The translations under genes and the position numbers were made by a program. DNA of 64,000 nucleotides, taken from positions 575,377 to 639,376 of the forward strand of contig NW_005434644.1 of NCBI RefSeq assembly GCF_000315625.1, read 5' to 3'. The notes beneath the pieces are model-generated. The model was not told the DNA's origin. It saw only the letters and a program-made list of their open reading frames with translations, and did not search any database. The stretch comes from Guillardia theta CCMP2712. Its lineage: Eukaryota > Protista > Cryptophyta. Below are positions 24,357 to 36,987 of the stretch, piece by piece; positions within the stretch are counted from its first letter, which is position 1, and every line of letters starts with the position of its first letter.

Positions 24357-25199
24357 CTAAGTGAAAATTTTCGCTGCATTTGCCTTAAGATAGTCGATAT
24401 CAGACACATCAACACTCAAGTCATGTAGACAACCTGTAAATAGTTGCTGTGCCATCGGGTAGGAAAACGACCTGTTGTGAGAAATCTCTCTATGAATGCA
24501 TCGCTTTAGAATCATGATCTGTTCTTGCATCAACACGATCAACAAGCACCTGTTCTCGAGAGTGTCGGTGTTTTCTTGGAGCAGCAGCGTCGGATGCACC
24601 TGCCCTTCTCATGACTTTCTCAAAACTTCCTTCAGCCATGTAAGACTCGCACTCCACCGGCCTCCTCCTCTCTATGAATCTGAGAGACTTTCATAAGCAT
24701 GAAACTGCAAATCAATCTCGAATAAAAGTAATCAAGCCAAAATTTACAAGGCACATTAGATTAAGTAGATCATTCATTCTCTCAATGTCTACACAAGTGC
24801 TGCTTATTATACACCTGACTTTCATCTCGATACTCTCCCTCCTCAATCCCTCCACGATCCTGCTGCTGCTGTAACGTTCTTGAAGGATCCCCCCGGTGAG
24901 CTATCCCCGCCGTCCAGCAACCACGTCCTTCTCTTGAGCATCCCCTGCTTCCTGCTGCTCTCCTGTAGTCGCACTCCCCGCTTCTTCGCCTCCAGCACTG
25001 CCGCAATCAGCTCCTCACCCCGCGACTCCACTCGCACTGCTCCTGCCGGGAGCTCAGTCGCTCTCCTGCCGTCGGAGGGCTTGTTGGCGTCGACGAATGC
25101 CCGCTGTGCTGGGGAGAGCTTGAGAGAAGGACGGGGACGGGAGGAGGGGAGGGCGCGAGAGAGGCCGAGGTCGACGAAGGTCACCGAACAGCATGGCAT
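24357..25199 (-). CDS. Hypothetical multi-exon protein
   Basis: ATG at 25199. Plausible GT-AG exons continue through the spacer between the repeat arms: FMLMKVSQIHREEEAGG, VHPTLLLQENTDTLEN and CLHDLSVDVSDIDYLKANAAKIFT*. Confidence 0.55.
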
Positions 25200-25205
25200 G
25201 GTTCA
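24780..25205 (-). repeat. Right arm of 426-bp inverted duplication (5' part of the intact gene)
   Basis: Reverse complement of 23915-24340. Confidence 0.95.
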
Positions 25206-25686
25206 CGGTTGAGTTAAGCCGCAGCGGCGTGAGGCGGTCTGTCCGCGCCGCGCCGGTGCGTCCGCGCCGCGCCGGTGCCGCCGGGCGCAAGTTAGCCTAC
25301 CGTACGGTAGTACAAGCGGCCTAGCGTCTAGAGCTGATATGGTCTAGCGTTTAGAGCTGATATGGTCCTCAGGGCCTAACTCAGTTTACGACACGACTGA
25401 TCCGATGACCGTCAGATGGTCCCGTGGCCAGTCAAAACCCCACTGGCTCCGGTCACGAGGAGGCCTGACGGTCAAGCAGCCTCGTGTCACAAGGCGTCAA
25501 AACTCTTAGCCTGGCACGTGGCGATGGTACCGGGTCACCGGGTGACCGACAGACTCAGTTGACTAGGCGGGCCTGAGTGGTTGAACAGAGCAACTGCCAA
25601 GTGAGGCAGGCTCGGAGTGGAATGATGAATCTGCGTGATCGTTCCTCCATGCTGCAGTCGGGAGAGAGAGAGACGAGAGGGAGACG

Positions 25687-27104
25687 ATGGCTGCAACTCT
25701 GATGGCATCGTAGAGCATCCAGCCAGTGTCAAGTGAATCTCCTCTGTTGCACACTTCGATCAAGCCCCGCACATGTCGCCAGAAGATATAGCAAGGAGGG
25801 AATGCGCTCGCCTCGAAACGTGGAGTGATGTGGATCAGAGATCGATCGTCGTCGATCCGTTGAAAGGAGGGATGTCCAATAGCATGTTTGTCTGTCGGTC
25901 CGCAGGTACTTTTCCTTTGCATGCGCTATCGGAGGTTGAGACGATTGCCAGGGAACATGGCGGTAGTTCGATTTTTCGGTCAGATGGGAGGATTGATAGA
26001 TCGGAACGAAGAGGTCCAAGTGTTCCTCGAGATGTCACGGAGGAGACTGGGCCCGGCATGTCTGGGGATGATATACTCCGATGAACAACAGCCCTCCCCT
26101 CCTGCAAGTGGCAAGGCTGAGAGCGAGGGCCGCCCGGCTGCCTTGCCCATCGGACGCATCGAGGAGTTTCTGCAAGGATGGAGGACCCTTGAACCCAGCG
26201 ACTACCGCGACGACGTCATGATCGGGACGATTGTGACGAACATGAAGAAATGGCACCAGACTCAGGTGCAGTCGGTGACTTGCAAGCCTCGCATCCTCCA
26301 AGATCTCCGTCGCATGCTCCGCAAGATCGCTTCAAACGATGGCGAAGTGTTTGAAAAACTTGCAAGTTTGGGGTATGAGGGCAAAGCTGACGTTGTTGGA
26401 CAAGCAACCAAGTTCGTTGAGGTTGGTCTTGCTTGTTTAAGTCCTCTTCCTCAGTGCATGTCTGTAGGAATATGCAAGTATGACCTTGAGAGAAGAGGAG
26501 CTTGGCTTCTGCCACAACGATCTCCAATATGGGAATGTCATGGTGAAAGAATCGACGAAAGAGCTCACGTTCATCGATTTTGAATACAGCGGGTACAACC
26601 CCATCTACTGTACGTCCACCCTTTGTTTCGACCAAGTCTCACCGTGGGACTGCAGACGACATGGCGAACTTTTGGTGTGAGATGGCGGCTGACTACACAG
26701 AGGGCGTCTATGGGTGCGGATTCCACCAGCCTCTTGGCCCAGAAGGGTTTCCCAGCGAGGAGACGCAAAGGGCAACCGTGAGACGCTACCTGAGCGCAGG
26801 AGGAGAGAAGCCGAGTGAGCAGGAGATAGAGCGTTGGAGGTCCGGTGTTGCATGTCGCCGGATGTCGCTGACTGTCTGGCAGGATGCAGGCTCTCCGTTG
26901 GGTGACAGCAAGCCACCTCTTCTGGGGGCTGTGGGGGCTGCTGCAGGTGACGTCAGCTTTGCTCCGGGTGTTTCTGACATGCTCTGGTTGAGTTAGGCCG
27001 AGAATGTCTCGAAACCGTTCGAGGAGGGTGAGTTCAACTATGTGCTATATGCTGAGAACCGCCTGTCTGCCTTTCAACGTGATTGGGGCCTAGCGGGGCA
27101 ATGA
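25687..27104 (+). CDS. Choline/ethanolamine kinase
   Basis: [17 protein letters not shown], Brenner motif [12 protein letters not shown], choline kinase motif [19 protein letters not shown] and SHLFWGLW. Confidence 0.9.
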
Positions 27105-27118
27105 GAGGCTCTCTCTAT

Positions 27119-28938
27119 TCATATGAACTCGGAAGAGAAGCTGCGGGTGCGGCTCATGAGCGAGTGTGTACGGCTAAGATCCTGCGATGTGTCGTCGTCT
27201 ACCAGATCGTCTTCATCTTCTTCTTCATCTCCGGCCGCGATCTCCTCCAATCTTGCCTGCAGCCGCTCAACAGTCGCCTGGTCGTGCGTCTCGATCGCTT
27301 TCTTCAGCTCCTGCGCGATCGCCATCACCTCCTCCTTCTTCTCCTGGTCTTGTCGGAAAGCTTCTCGTAGCTGGAGAGCTTTCAACACGTCCTCGCCCTC
27401 ATACAAGTGCTCGTTCCTCGGAGTCAAGAGGAGGTGAGGTACAGTGCCGCCTCGTGGCGTCCTTGTGAGCATCTGGAGAATCTCACGAGGGGAGTGTCTC
27501 ATTTTAGAGTCCAAGGGCGTCCTCGACATCTCCGGGATGTATCGCTGCAGGCCCACATCCCACTTCTCGCTCCGCCACGTCGACACCTTCCCAGGCTGCG
27601 CCGTCGCGTTGTTGTACGTCCAGATTGTGCCTTTGGGAGCTGTCTTCTCGGCGATGAGCCCGAGGGCATAGGAGGCAGCTCGTCGGACTTCAACCTTCTC
27701 GTCTCCCAGGGATTTCTTGAGAGTCTCTATGGCCTCATTGCTGTTGATGGTGCTCGTCATGCCCAACGCATGACACGCGACCAGGCGGATCTCCCAGTCC
27801 GGCCTGCCCTTGTCTCGGGCCCATCGCTTGGAGTACTCTTTCATCATGATCAACTTCTCCTGCACGCAAGTAAGAGAGCTCACAGTCAGATGTCACCCAC
27901 CAGAACTTCTTCATCTCCCTTGACTACAACTGCGTCTAGCGCATTCAACGCTTCCTTGCGGACCTCTGCATCTCCGTCTGATAAGGCTTCGACCACATGG
28001 CTCACAGGAACAGGCGCTCCTCTCACAGAGTTCGCCGCAATGGCAGCGATGGCGCGGGCTCGGCAGGTCGGGTCCACGTCCTTTACGTGCTTGAACAGCT
28101 CGCTCATGGCAATCGCGTCCCCCATGCTCATGCAGCGGCCCAGCACCTCCATGGCGTCTGCTCGGATGGCAGGAGCCTCCGACCGCATCGCCTCCACGAT
28201 GCCGTCTCGTATCTCCACGTATCCTTCATCCCGCAGAGCCGCGTCGTCCGTTTGGCTGCTGTCCGCCGCACTACCATGCTCATCGCGCCCGCTGCTGGAG
28301 GTGATGAAGCGGTCTGGGATGTCGGAGGAGCGGGAGAAGCCTGTCATCGGTCTTGTCTCCTCAATCACCACCTCCAGATCCTCCCCGAGATCATGAAACT
28401 TTGAGTTTCTTGGCTCGTAGATGCTCCGCTGCTCCCCCATTGGGCTATGACGAGGACTGCTAGTTCTCACCCTCCCTCCTCCCTTGTGCTCTTTGATGAG
28501 AAACTCCAGCGCCCTAGCAGCTGCCTTGCGAACCATCCACTCGTCATGCGTCAGGAACCTCAAGGCGCCGGGGGCAAGACGGAGGTCGCCAGCTCTAGAG
28601 ACGTAGGGGATGATCTCGAGGAGGGGGAGGACCTTGATCCACTCCCCTGCATGCCGCTGCAGCAGCTTCAGCAGCTGGTCGATGAGGATGCTGTTGTGCT
28701 GCTCGTCTCGCTTCCCCACGGACCTCAGGGTGTCCCTTGCCAACCGGATGGCGTTCTCGTCGGAGCAGCTGGCGGAGATGAGCTTCTGCACGGCTCCTGC
28801 GATCTCATCTCTGATGCTCGCGCGAACCTGCGGCGACCGCATCCCCACACAAGGAGAGCGACCGGCGCTAGTCCGCTCCTGCCATGTCCTCCAGGCAACT
28901 GTCGGTTCGTCCGTTACAACCGGTGCTGGCGCAGTCAT
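27119..28938 (-). CDS. HEAT/ARM-repeat protein (likely more 5' exons up to about 29930)
   Basis: Repeats LTHDEWMVRKAAARAL, LSDGDAEVRKEALNAL and LGDEKVEVRRAASYALG. Confidence 0.75.
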
Positions 28939-30250
28939 GCCGCACTAGTATCGAGACCCTCATACAGCTCTCTCACCGGACGGTTTTCTTGGCTGGTTTT
29001 CTTGTAGGAAGTTTCTTGTCATTTTTAATGATTCACGGGGCAGTTCTAGGTGAAGTAGACATGGCCCTCGCCGACAGGAGGACCGGCAGGCCAGATTCGA
29101 TCAGAACCATGCAGATTTCGGCTGGTTCATCCTCGCACCATTCATCCCTGGTCGCGTCGCTGTGCTCGATGTTTCACACCTGGGCTCACATGAGCATAGA
29201 GTGAGGAGGAGGAGGAGGTTTGTAATGTCACCTTGGGCTCTTCCTCGTCCAAGACTTGGGCCTGATAAAGTCAAACATCGCAAAATGTCATCAGACGGAA
29301 CAGGCGAACATAGCCGTGGACATCACCAGTACTTCCCATCGAAGATCCTCTCCCAATCCTCCGGCGAGATGGGATCTTGCTTTTTTCTTCGCTCTCTTGC
29401 TCGTTCCTTCTCTCTCCTCTGCAGCAAGAAGCGGTATCAGAACAAGGAGCAAGACGCCAGCACTTTTCTCACCGCTGCCTCCCGCATTGCCTGAAGCTTC
29501 GCAGCTCTTCGTTCGATCTTCTCAGTTTTCTTGCGCCTTTCCTCTTCCTCCAGCTGAGAAGATGTCACAATCTGAAAGCAGAAACGGTGCGGAAGACCTT
29601 TTCTCTCTTGATACGTCGCTTCATCTGTTTGTTCTTGTAGGACTCGAACTTGTCGTTTCGCTCTCGCTGCCGCCTTTCGCGTTCCGAAGCCTTCTCTGTT
29701 GTCGTCCTGCCCCTCATCTGATCACTTCAACCAGTTTGACGGCTCCTCATGCAGCAGATGCATGGCAGCGATGAAGAACAGAAGCGTCGACTCACCTATG
29801 ATGTACATCCCGCGGGTTGAAGAAAGTCTCAATGTTCTCCATCGAAGTCTTCATGTTTGTCCAAGCGTCCTCACTGAAGGTTGTCTGGTCCCGAATCAAG
29901 ACGGGTAGGGCAGCGGCAGGAGAGCCGGGCGTACCTTGGATCGAGACGCTTTATAGGCCTTGTCCGCTTGTTTGCGGAATTCCTTGGCGTACTGCCATGA
30001 GTCCCAACTTGCGCCTGAAGTGAAATACAATCACATCTCTAGTCACAGCCTCCTCTTCCCCCACCAGGATCTTTCGGATCGTAATGGGTTCGAGGACCCT
30101 GATCCTTCTCCTCCTGCACAGAATCCTCTGTGCTCGACTCGCGCTCCTTTCCTTTGAAAACGTCAAGCCAGGGCATGGGGGGTGCAGGTTCATACGCTGA
30201 GGTGGCCTGCTGAAGTCTGGTGTGCTGTAGCAGCTTGGTTGAGGCAGGAC

Positions 30251-30886
30251 TCACGTCAGGAGAGAGAGACGTCTCACCTTCGCTGCGGCGGCCTGCTCGC
30301 GCTGGTCTGACTTGAACTTGTTTGACTGCACCAGAGGGATCAAGAGCGAAGTCCCAGCAGCGGCCCACCTCCGTATCCCGAAGAAGCTCTCTTCAAAGTC
30401 TCTTCTCTTCACGGGATCTTTCAGCGTTTCGTATGCATTGTTCAACCTTGCCGTCATGACCTGTAGAACATTACCTTTGGTGTCTCGTCAACGCAAGGAA
30501 TTCTTAGGCAGACCTGCGCACTGGCTTCTTTGCCCCTGTTTTTGTCAGGGTGATATTTCAAAACAGCCTTCCGATATGCTTTCTTGATCTCAGCATCGGT
30601 TGCTGTTCGCTACTCAACAAGTAAGTCCCAACTGTGACCAGAGAGACAGAGTGCAGGAGGGGAAAGAAATGCGGATCTCAGTGCAATTCGTCATCGCAAC
30701 GTGACGATGTCTAAACGAACATAGAGGATGAAATTTCGTGACAAGCAAAGTCACCTTAACGCCCAGCACTTCATACCAGTCTTCTTGCGCCTGTCTCAAT
30801 CCCAAACATTGCGATTGCGACAACATCAACCAAATAATCAATACCGATGCCAACAAATGCTTCGGCCGAATGATTGCAAACGACAT
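30251..30886 (-). CDS. DnaJ-domain protein with signal peptide (3' extent unresolved)
   Basis: DWYEVLGV, ATDAEIKKAYRKAVLKYHPDKN and LNNAYETLKDPVKRRDF. Confidence 0.8.
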
Positions 30887-31443
30887 CTATCGTTTCAATG
30901 GAGACTGAAGAATGCACCGACCGAACAGTCCTCAGTCATCAGCACTGATTGAACTTCATGATGAATCGGCTTAAATTGTCCATCTATTTGTTTCCTTCAA
31001 GGGAGCTTCTCAACAGAATCCCGTCCTTCAGCCTCGGATTTCGAAGTCAACGGCCATGGTGGTCAGCTTGACGACCACGATGCTCATTCAGAGACTGGAG
31101 GAGACCCTCTGCTCACAGATCTCTCTGATCTCCTTCCACACGCGCCATTTCCCCTCTCATCGCATGCCGACTATGTGTGGTCCACGCGCTCGAACCCAGC
31201 AGATCCGCATGGCAGAGTTCTCACGACCCTCCCCGTTGCTGGTTAGATCCTCCCAAGAGCTGTCTACCTGGTTAGATCCTCCCGAGAGCTGTCTAGCTCC
31301 TTCATCTCTCCCTCCATCTTCCCCCTCCCCCTCCCCCTCCTCCCCTCCCCCCTCGCAGCATGCGCCTCAGCGTCACTAGCCGCATTTCGCAGCCATAGAA
31401 AGTCCGGGTGGGGCTATGAGATTTATTCTCCCCCAAAAACGCC

Positions 31444-33847
31444 ATGGCGGCCGCGTACAAGCGTACGCACAGGTGAGGGGGGAGGAGGAGGGGGGGAGGG
31501 AAGAGGGAGGAGAGCAAGGCATGCTCTTCCCAGTATGTCTGAGATGATGGGGATGAGGGGATGGGATGTGCTGCCACTTCCTCTACGTGAAGATTCTCCA
31601 CGCTGACTTTCCCTCTCCTTCTTGACTTTCAGCGCAATGAACAGCAGGGTCTTGGTGAGTGGAGGGAGCCTTGAAGAAGAGGTTGGGGACAACTGCGATG
31701 ATATTGACTTGTTTGTTTGTTGCTGCCAGATCCCTGCCTTCGCTATCTCAGGCGGGAAGGTCGTCGGCGGAGGAAGCTTCCCGGAAGATCCTTTCGAGGC
31801 TGTGAAGACACTCGGACTTGTTGGTGAAGTTATGGTCTTTGATCAAGATGCCGAGGAGGGGAAGGATGTGAGAGTTGTCAATATCTGCCCATGTCTCTGA
31901 CAGCACTGCAGAACTCAACCAACGCAGCTGTGCTTGACGCTCTCCTCGATCTGTTGCCGTATTCTCCACGCCCAACTATAAGCAATTATTTGATGATTGG
32001 CATTGCAGATGCAGACTCAGAGGAGGATTCGTGACCAACGAGAAAGTCTATGACTGGCTTGACAAAGGAGCCACTCAGGCAAGCGAAAAGATTGATGTCT
32101 GTCCTCGCCATGAGCGTCTTGTCAGGTCATTGTGGACTACAAGGAGAGCAACATGGGTTTTCTCGATGGTGTTCCCAAGGAAAGAATCACGCTGGCGGTC
32201 AAACTCAAGTGAGCTACCTCAACATAATCGTCGAGCTCTCACTTCCTCCTCTCCCTCCTCCTCCGCAGCGCGTCTGGGAGTGGAGAAGCTATTCTTTCCG
32301 ACGGCAAGTCACTGAAGGAGGTGAACCGACTGAGAGTCAAGTTGTTGATGACATACCCACCAGGCCATGTCTGAGATCTCCTATTACGCGAATCGTGATA
32401 CCTCCTGACCCCACTACCCGCCCTTGTCACTGAGGGCATCACAGGGGTCGTCCTTCAGTTCGACCACGGTTTTGACCGCAAGGTGTGACGTTTTCAGTTT
32501 CCCTTGGCTGCTCTGCGGATTGAAGTTTTTACCTCAAGGTCGTCGAGTCAGCGAAAAGCCTTCTTGAGAAAGGAATGATGCTCAACGTGCTGAACCCACC
32601 GACGACTGATGATGTATCTTCGCTTCCAACCCTCTTGCCTTGCACGGACTGACCTGATTGTTCTTGAAAGATTGCTTTCCTCGACAGTCTTGGCGTTGAG
32701 TCGATCCTGGGGACATGTTTGCAAGACGGGTCCATGACGATCCCCGAGGTAGGTAACGTAACTCAAGTCAGAGGGAAGTAAGTCTGGTCCCCAGGCGTTG
32801 AAAGCTGTCTTGGTCTCTGACCGACCCGACGGTCTGATCCCAACAGTGGTGAGGAGAATGAAAGCGAACACGAACGTTTGTCTCATGCTTGTCAGGTGGT
32901 CGACGAGGATATGGTCACTCTGGGTCTCTGCTATTCCAACCTCGAGAGCTTGGCGGAAGCGTTCAAGAGATCGGTCGGGGTGTACTGGAGGTGAGTTACG
33001 TTTCTCCTCATTCTTAGGATCGCATGACAAACATTCCCGGCAGCCGGACGCGAGGCCTGTGGATCAAGGGGCTGACTTCAGGAGCGACACAGGTGGACGT
33101 CTGCTATCGCAGCTGGCAAGTTCGTGACCGCCTTGCAGGAGCTGCTGCGGGTTGACTTAGACTGCGATCGGGACTCAATGCGGTTAGAGCCCTCTCTCGC
33201 TCGAGGGTCGGTATTGACTCCTGCTGCTCAAGCTTCGTCGTCCGACAGTCAGGATCTGGTTTCTGTCACATGGAGCAGGTGGACGGGGGCTAGAGGGTTG
33301 GGCCGATATGACGGATATGTTGTGTAGATGTCATGTTTTGGAGAGGATCATGGGACCTTGGGCGCACTTATGCGGACCCTCATTGATCGGAAGAACAATG
33401 CTCCAGCTGGATCATACACCAAGAGATTGTTCGACGACGATGTCTTGTTGAAATCAAAACTTCTGGAGGAATGCGAAGAGCTGCTCGCTGCCAAAGACAA
33501 CAAGGAGGCATCAGTTCGCTGCTTGTCCTCGTGCTCGTTCTCACAGATCCAATCAGGTCGCATGGGAAACTGCCGATGTGATCTACTTCGCCTTCGCTGC
33601 ATGCGGTTACCTCCTCATGCGTCGTCTCCTGCTCTCCTCACTCGCCTGCAGCCCGTCATGGTGTGGATCTGGCCAAGGTTCAACGCAATTTGTCAAGAAA
33701 AGCTCTGCGTGTACGAAGGTCGCTTGTCCTTGTGCTTGTGCTTTGAATTGCATCATGACTGTCATGCTCAGACGCCCGGGTAACGCGAAGCCGCCTGGCT
33801 GGAAACCTGGCGACCCTTCGCCAGATGCGGGGCAAAACCCAAAGTGA
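31444..33847 (+). CDS. hisIE: Histidine biosynthesis protein: degenerate HisA-like N-domain + PR-AMP cyclohydrolase (HisI) + PR-ATP pyrophosphohydrolase (HisE)
   Basis: Spliced: LIPAFAISGGKVV...DPFEA; SDRPDGLIPTVVVD...YWSRTRGLWIKGLTSGATQELLRVDLDCDRD...GFCH; APAGSYTKRLF...KLLEECEEL...VAWETADVIYFA...RRPGNAKP. Confidence 0.88.
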
Positions 33848-33909
33848 AGAGGGAGAGAACAGCGCAAGACTCGCTATCAGCTGGAGGAGATGGATTGCAA
33901 AGAACACTA

Positions 33910-34257
33910 GATTAAATCTTTGTTTTCAACTTGCTCACCAGACCAACAATACTTTCCTACATCAGTCCCTGCAGTGGAGCTGGTGTGTTTGCTGGGATAC
34001 CGGCTCCATGCGCGGTCGACATCCTCCACCTATCACAATAGAACCTAGCCAGCATCATGAGCAAAAGGCAGATATTCGGAGCGAAAGTGAAAAGAGCATG
34101 GTACGGTCAGGGAACAAGATGGTGAATGATGTTGTTATAGATTATGTGATGTGATGTGATGTGATGGTTATTACGTGCAGTTTGATCTTTTCCCGCCAGC
34201 CATCTCGTCGTTTCCTGCATACATCCCCTCCCACTGCTGCGCCATCTTGAACGCCAT
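33910..34257 (-). CDS. Possible small hypothetical protein
   Basis: ATG at 34257 (MAFKMAQQWEGMYAGNDEM) lies directly downstream of a promoter-type motif array. The second exon is uncertain. Confidence 0.3.
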
Positions 34258-35045
34258 AGCAGGGATCCCGACCCCGAATCAGGAACCCAGGGGTGGTTTT
34301 GCCCAAGGGGTAGTTTGTGTATGGGGGTATTTCTCCGCATCATGGTGCTATGGTTGGAAAAAGGTGGGGTACAACTATTTTGAAAGAGGGGGTTGTGGTT
34401 CGATGACCAACCCAGAGGGGTCGGGTAGAGAGTTCCTAAAACGGGAGGAGACTGGGAACTTTGTAGGGTAGTCGAAGAGTTGAGCCTGAAAATTATAGGT
34501 GGGGGTGTTTCTTTACCCCTTCTACTCAGATAAATTTAATCTAAAATGAGGGGGTAATGTACTATTTTATAGGGTACTTCCCAAAAGATGGGGGTGAGTG
34601 TGGCGCAGGGTTGTAAATGTTGACAGCGCCGCATGGTGGCAGGAAGAGACAAGTAGGAGGATGGAGAGGAGGAGGAGGGGCAGGAGGAGCAGGAATGTAG
34701 GTAAAAGGAGGTAAATTCAGAGAGGCTGTTCAGAGAGACGAAGATGGAAGAGAGGGAGAGGAGGGGGAGAGGTCGATGAGGAATTGAAGGTAAACATGTG
34801 GAATCGGAGGAAATCATGAATGTGGTGTAAGAAACGAGCAATGTGAGGAGATCACTAGATTTTATTTCAATTGTGAGTCTGAAATTGTCGAACGAAATCT
34901 GGTTCATTTAGGTCCCAAAGGAGTTGAGGATCAAAGAAAGGGATCAAAGAAAGAGTTCAAAGTTGTGGAAATGAACGCTACTAGTTTGCACAATCTGGAG
35001 TTACCACTGTGCTTTCTCTTTTTTTGACTTTCCTCATCGTTCAGG

Positions 35046-36460
35046 ATGAGGGCGACAATGGCCAGTGAGGAATCAAGCTTCAGCAGGAATACAAGAGCAT
35101 TGCGAATCGCACTGCTCTCCGCCACCTCTGTTGCTTTGTTGGCGATCCTGGCCATCACTTTCTTCACTTCTCCCAAGGAAGAGGTATTATCGTGCACGCA
35201 GTCGTCCAGGGATGATATGCAAGAGCGCTGAAATCTTGCCGCTTGCAGGCTCATGCACAGGAGCTCATGTACGGGGGCCCGCTTTCGTTCGACATGGTCC
35301 ATACCCACATCCTCAACATGAAGATGCGCCGCTCGCGGCTCAAGGAGAGGCTCAAGGAGGCCGCCTTGAAGAGAAAGGATAGAGAGCTTGCGCACGAGCA
35401 CGGCTTCACCAGTGGAGGAGCCAAGGTCTCCTTGCCTTCTCCCTGCGAACAAGAGCTGACCATGTTGCTTTCGCTGCAGATGGGTTCGACTCCTCCTCTC
35501 CAGCAGCAAATGTTCCAGCAGCCTCAGGGAGCTCCCATGTACCCCGGACAGCCTCAGATGCAGCAGCCCATGTACGGAGGATATGCTCCTCCTCAGCAGG
35601 TATGCGGTGGACTTGACGCTCCCCCTTAATCTGAATATTGGCTCAGCCGATGTATCAGCAGATGCCGCAGCAGCCCATGCAGCAGATGCCGCAGCAGCCC
35701 ATGCAGCAGATGCCGCAGCAGCCCATGCAGCAGATGCCTCCTCAAGGATACGGGCAGCCTCCACAGCAGCAGGTTTCGACTGATTCTCCCACTGCGCATC
35801 AAGCTGAGAGTGAAACTCAGATGTATCAGCAGCAGCCTCCCATGAACTACGAGCAGCCGCCTGAGGTGAATATTCTGAAGTGGTGAGACCAGAGCTGATG
35901 TGCTTGCAGGTCGAACAGCCATCTCCCATGTATGCACAGATGCCGCAAGCCCCAGCCTATGGGCAGGTTGGTTTAACTGCCTGTGCTTCGACGGCATCCT
36001 GACGTCCGTTGTTATCAGCAGCCTATGTATCCTCAGCAGATGGCCCCAGGCCAGGCACCCCAGCTCGCGCAGGTTGGTGGACTACCTCGTTCACCTTGGA
36101 CAGACTTGAGTCGGACTGATGGATGGCCATCGCAGATGCCTCCTGCTAACCCCTGGGGTGGTGCCCCCATGGCCGCTCAGGGTCTCACCCAGTCAGTTCC
36201 TGTTGATGGACCCACGGAGTCCAGCGCTGAGGACAAGATGCAGCAGCGTGCTCAAGCTGCCGCATCCATCCAGGTGATTGAAACTTTCCTCCCCCTTCCT
36301 GTATGGTCTCTTATGCTTCAAAGCCTTGTGACAACGTTTTGATGTGCAATATCTCATTTCTCCACGCACAATCTTTTTCTGCTCAGAGCTGACTATTGTT
36401 TTCCTTTGTTAGGCGTACGAGGCTTATATGCACGGAGCTGCCCCTGCGGCAAAGAAGTAA
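35046..36460 (+). CDS. Membrane-anchored Gln/Pro/Met-rich low-complexity protein
   Basis: TM segment IALLSATSVALLAILAITFF and QQPMQQMP repeats. The last exon reads AYEAYMHGAAPAAKK*. Confidence 0.7.
35657..35738 (+). repeat. Coding tandem repeat, 24-bp unit (QQMPQQPM), about 3.4 copies
   Basis: The unit gcagatgccgcagcagcccatgca is repeated. Confidence 0.9.
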
Positions 36461-36741
36461 CAAGCAGTACGCTAACTCGGACATTTCTATTCCTGATCAG
36501 CTGTTATTCCTTTAACCCTTTCCTCCCTCTCACGCTTACAGCAGTAAATCAACCCTTGAATCTAGTGTTCTCTGCAGATGCCAAATGTGAAGATGAAGGC
36601 AAAGGTCAAAGTGACCGCAACATAACAAGGGGCATATCACCAACGATTACCCATGTACTTAGACACAACCATATCTGTTTCAAAGCTTCCTACCCCCTCA
36701 CCCTCCAAATGTTCGCCCTCTTCTTCTCCATCGCCGACACC

Positions 36742-36987
36742 TCAGGCCAAGAAAGGTCCAACTGTAAACTTCTCAACGCATTTCACCCTGTTTGTCAAGT
36801 ACGCAAACTGGTCCACACAATAATCGATCCGCTGCTTGTTCTTGTAGATGTTCGCCCAAGTGTTCGCCGAGGCGCCGATAGGAGGAATCCAACCGGCAGG
36901 AGGGCCCGGGATGACAGTGTACGGGCCCTGCACCTCAGCTGACACTGTCTCTAGCTCCGAGAAGTGATGCCTCAGATTCTCAAACAT
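36742..36987 (-). CDS. Small hypothetical protein
   Basis: 81-aa ORF with protein-like composition, preceded by a CAG acceptor-like site. Confidence 0.45.
   Translation of the reverse strand: MFENLRHHFSELETVSAEVQGPYTVIPGPPAGWIPPIGASANTWANIYKNKQRIDYCVDQFAYLTNRVKCVEKFTVGPFLA

Noticed and set aside
24880-25100. Weak resemblance of GGILQGRYSSSRIVEGL to phosphotransacetylase/MtxX-like proteins
   Set aside because: The match is too short and depends on an unverified splice.
23915-25205. Foldback or TIR transposon interpretation of the inverted repeat
   Set aside because: The arms consist of gene exons plus part of an intron, there is no TSD on both flanks, and the spacer has no transposase motif.
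32548-33030. 160-aa minus-strand ORF
   Set aside because: It is antisense to HisI exons.
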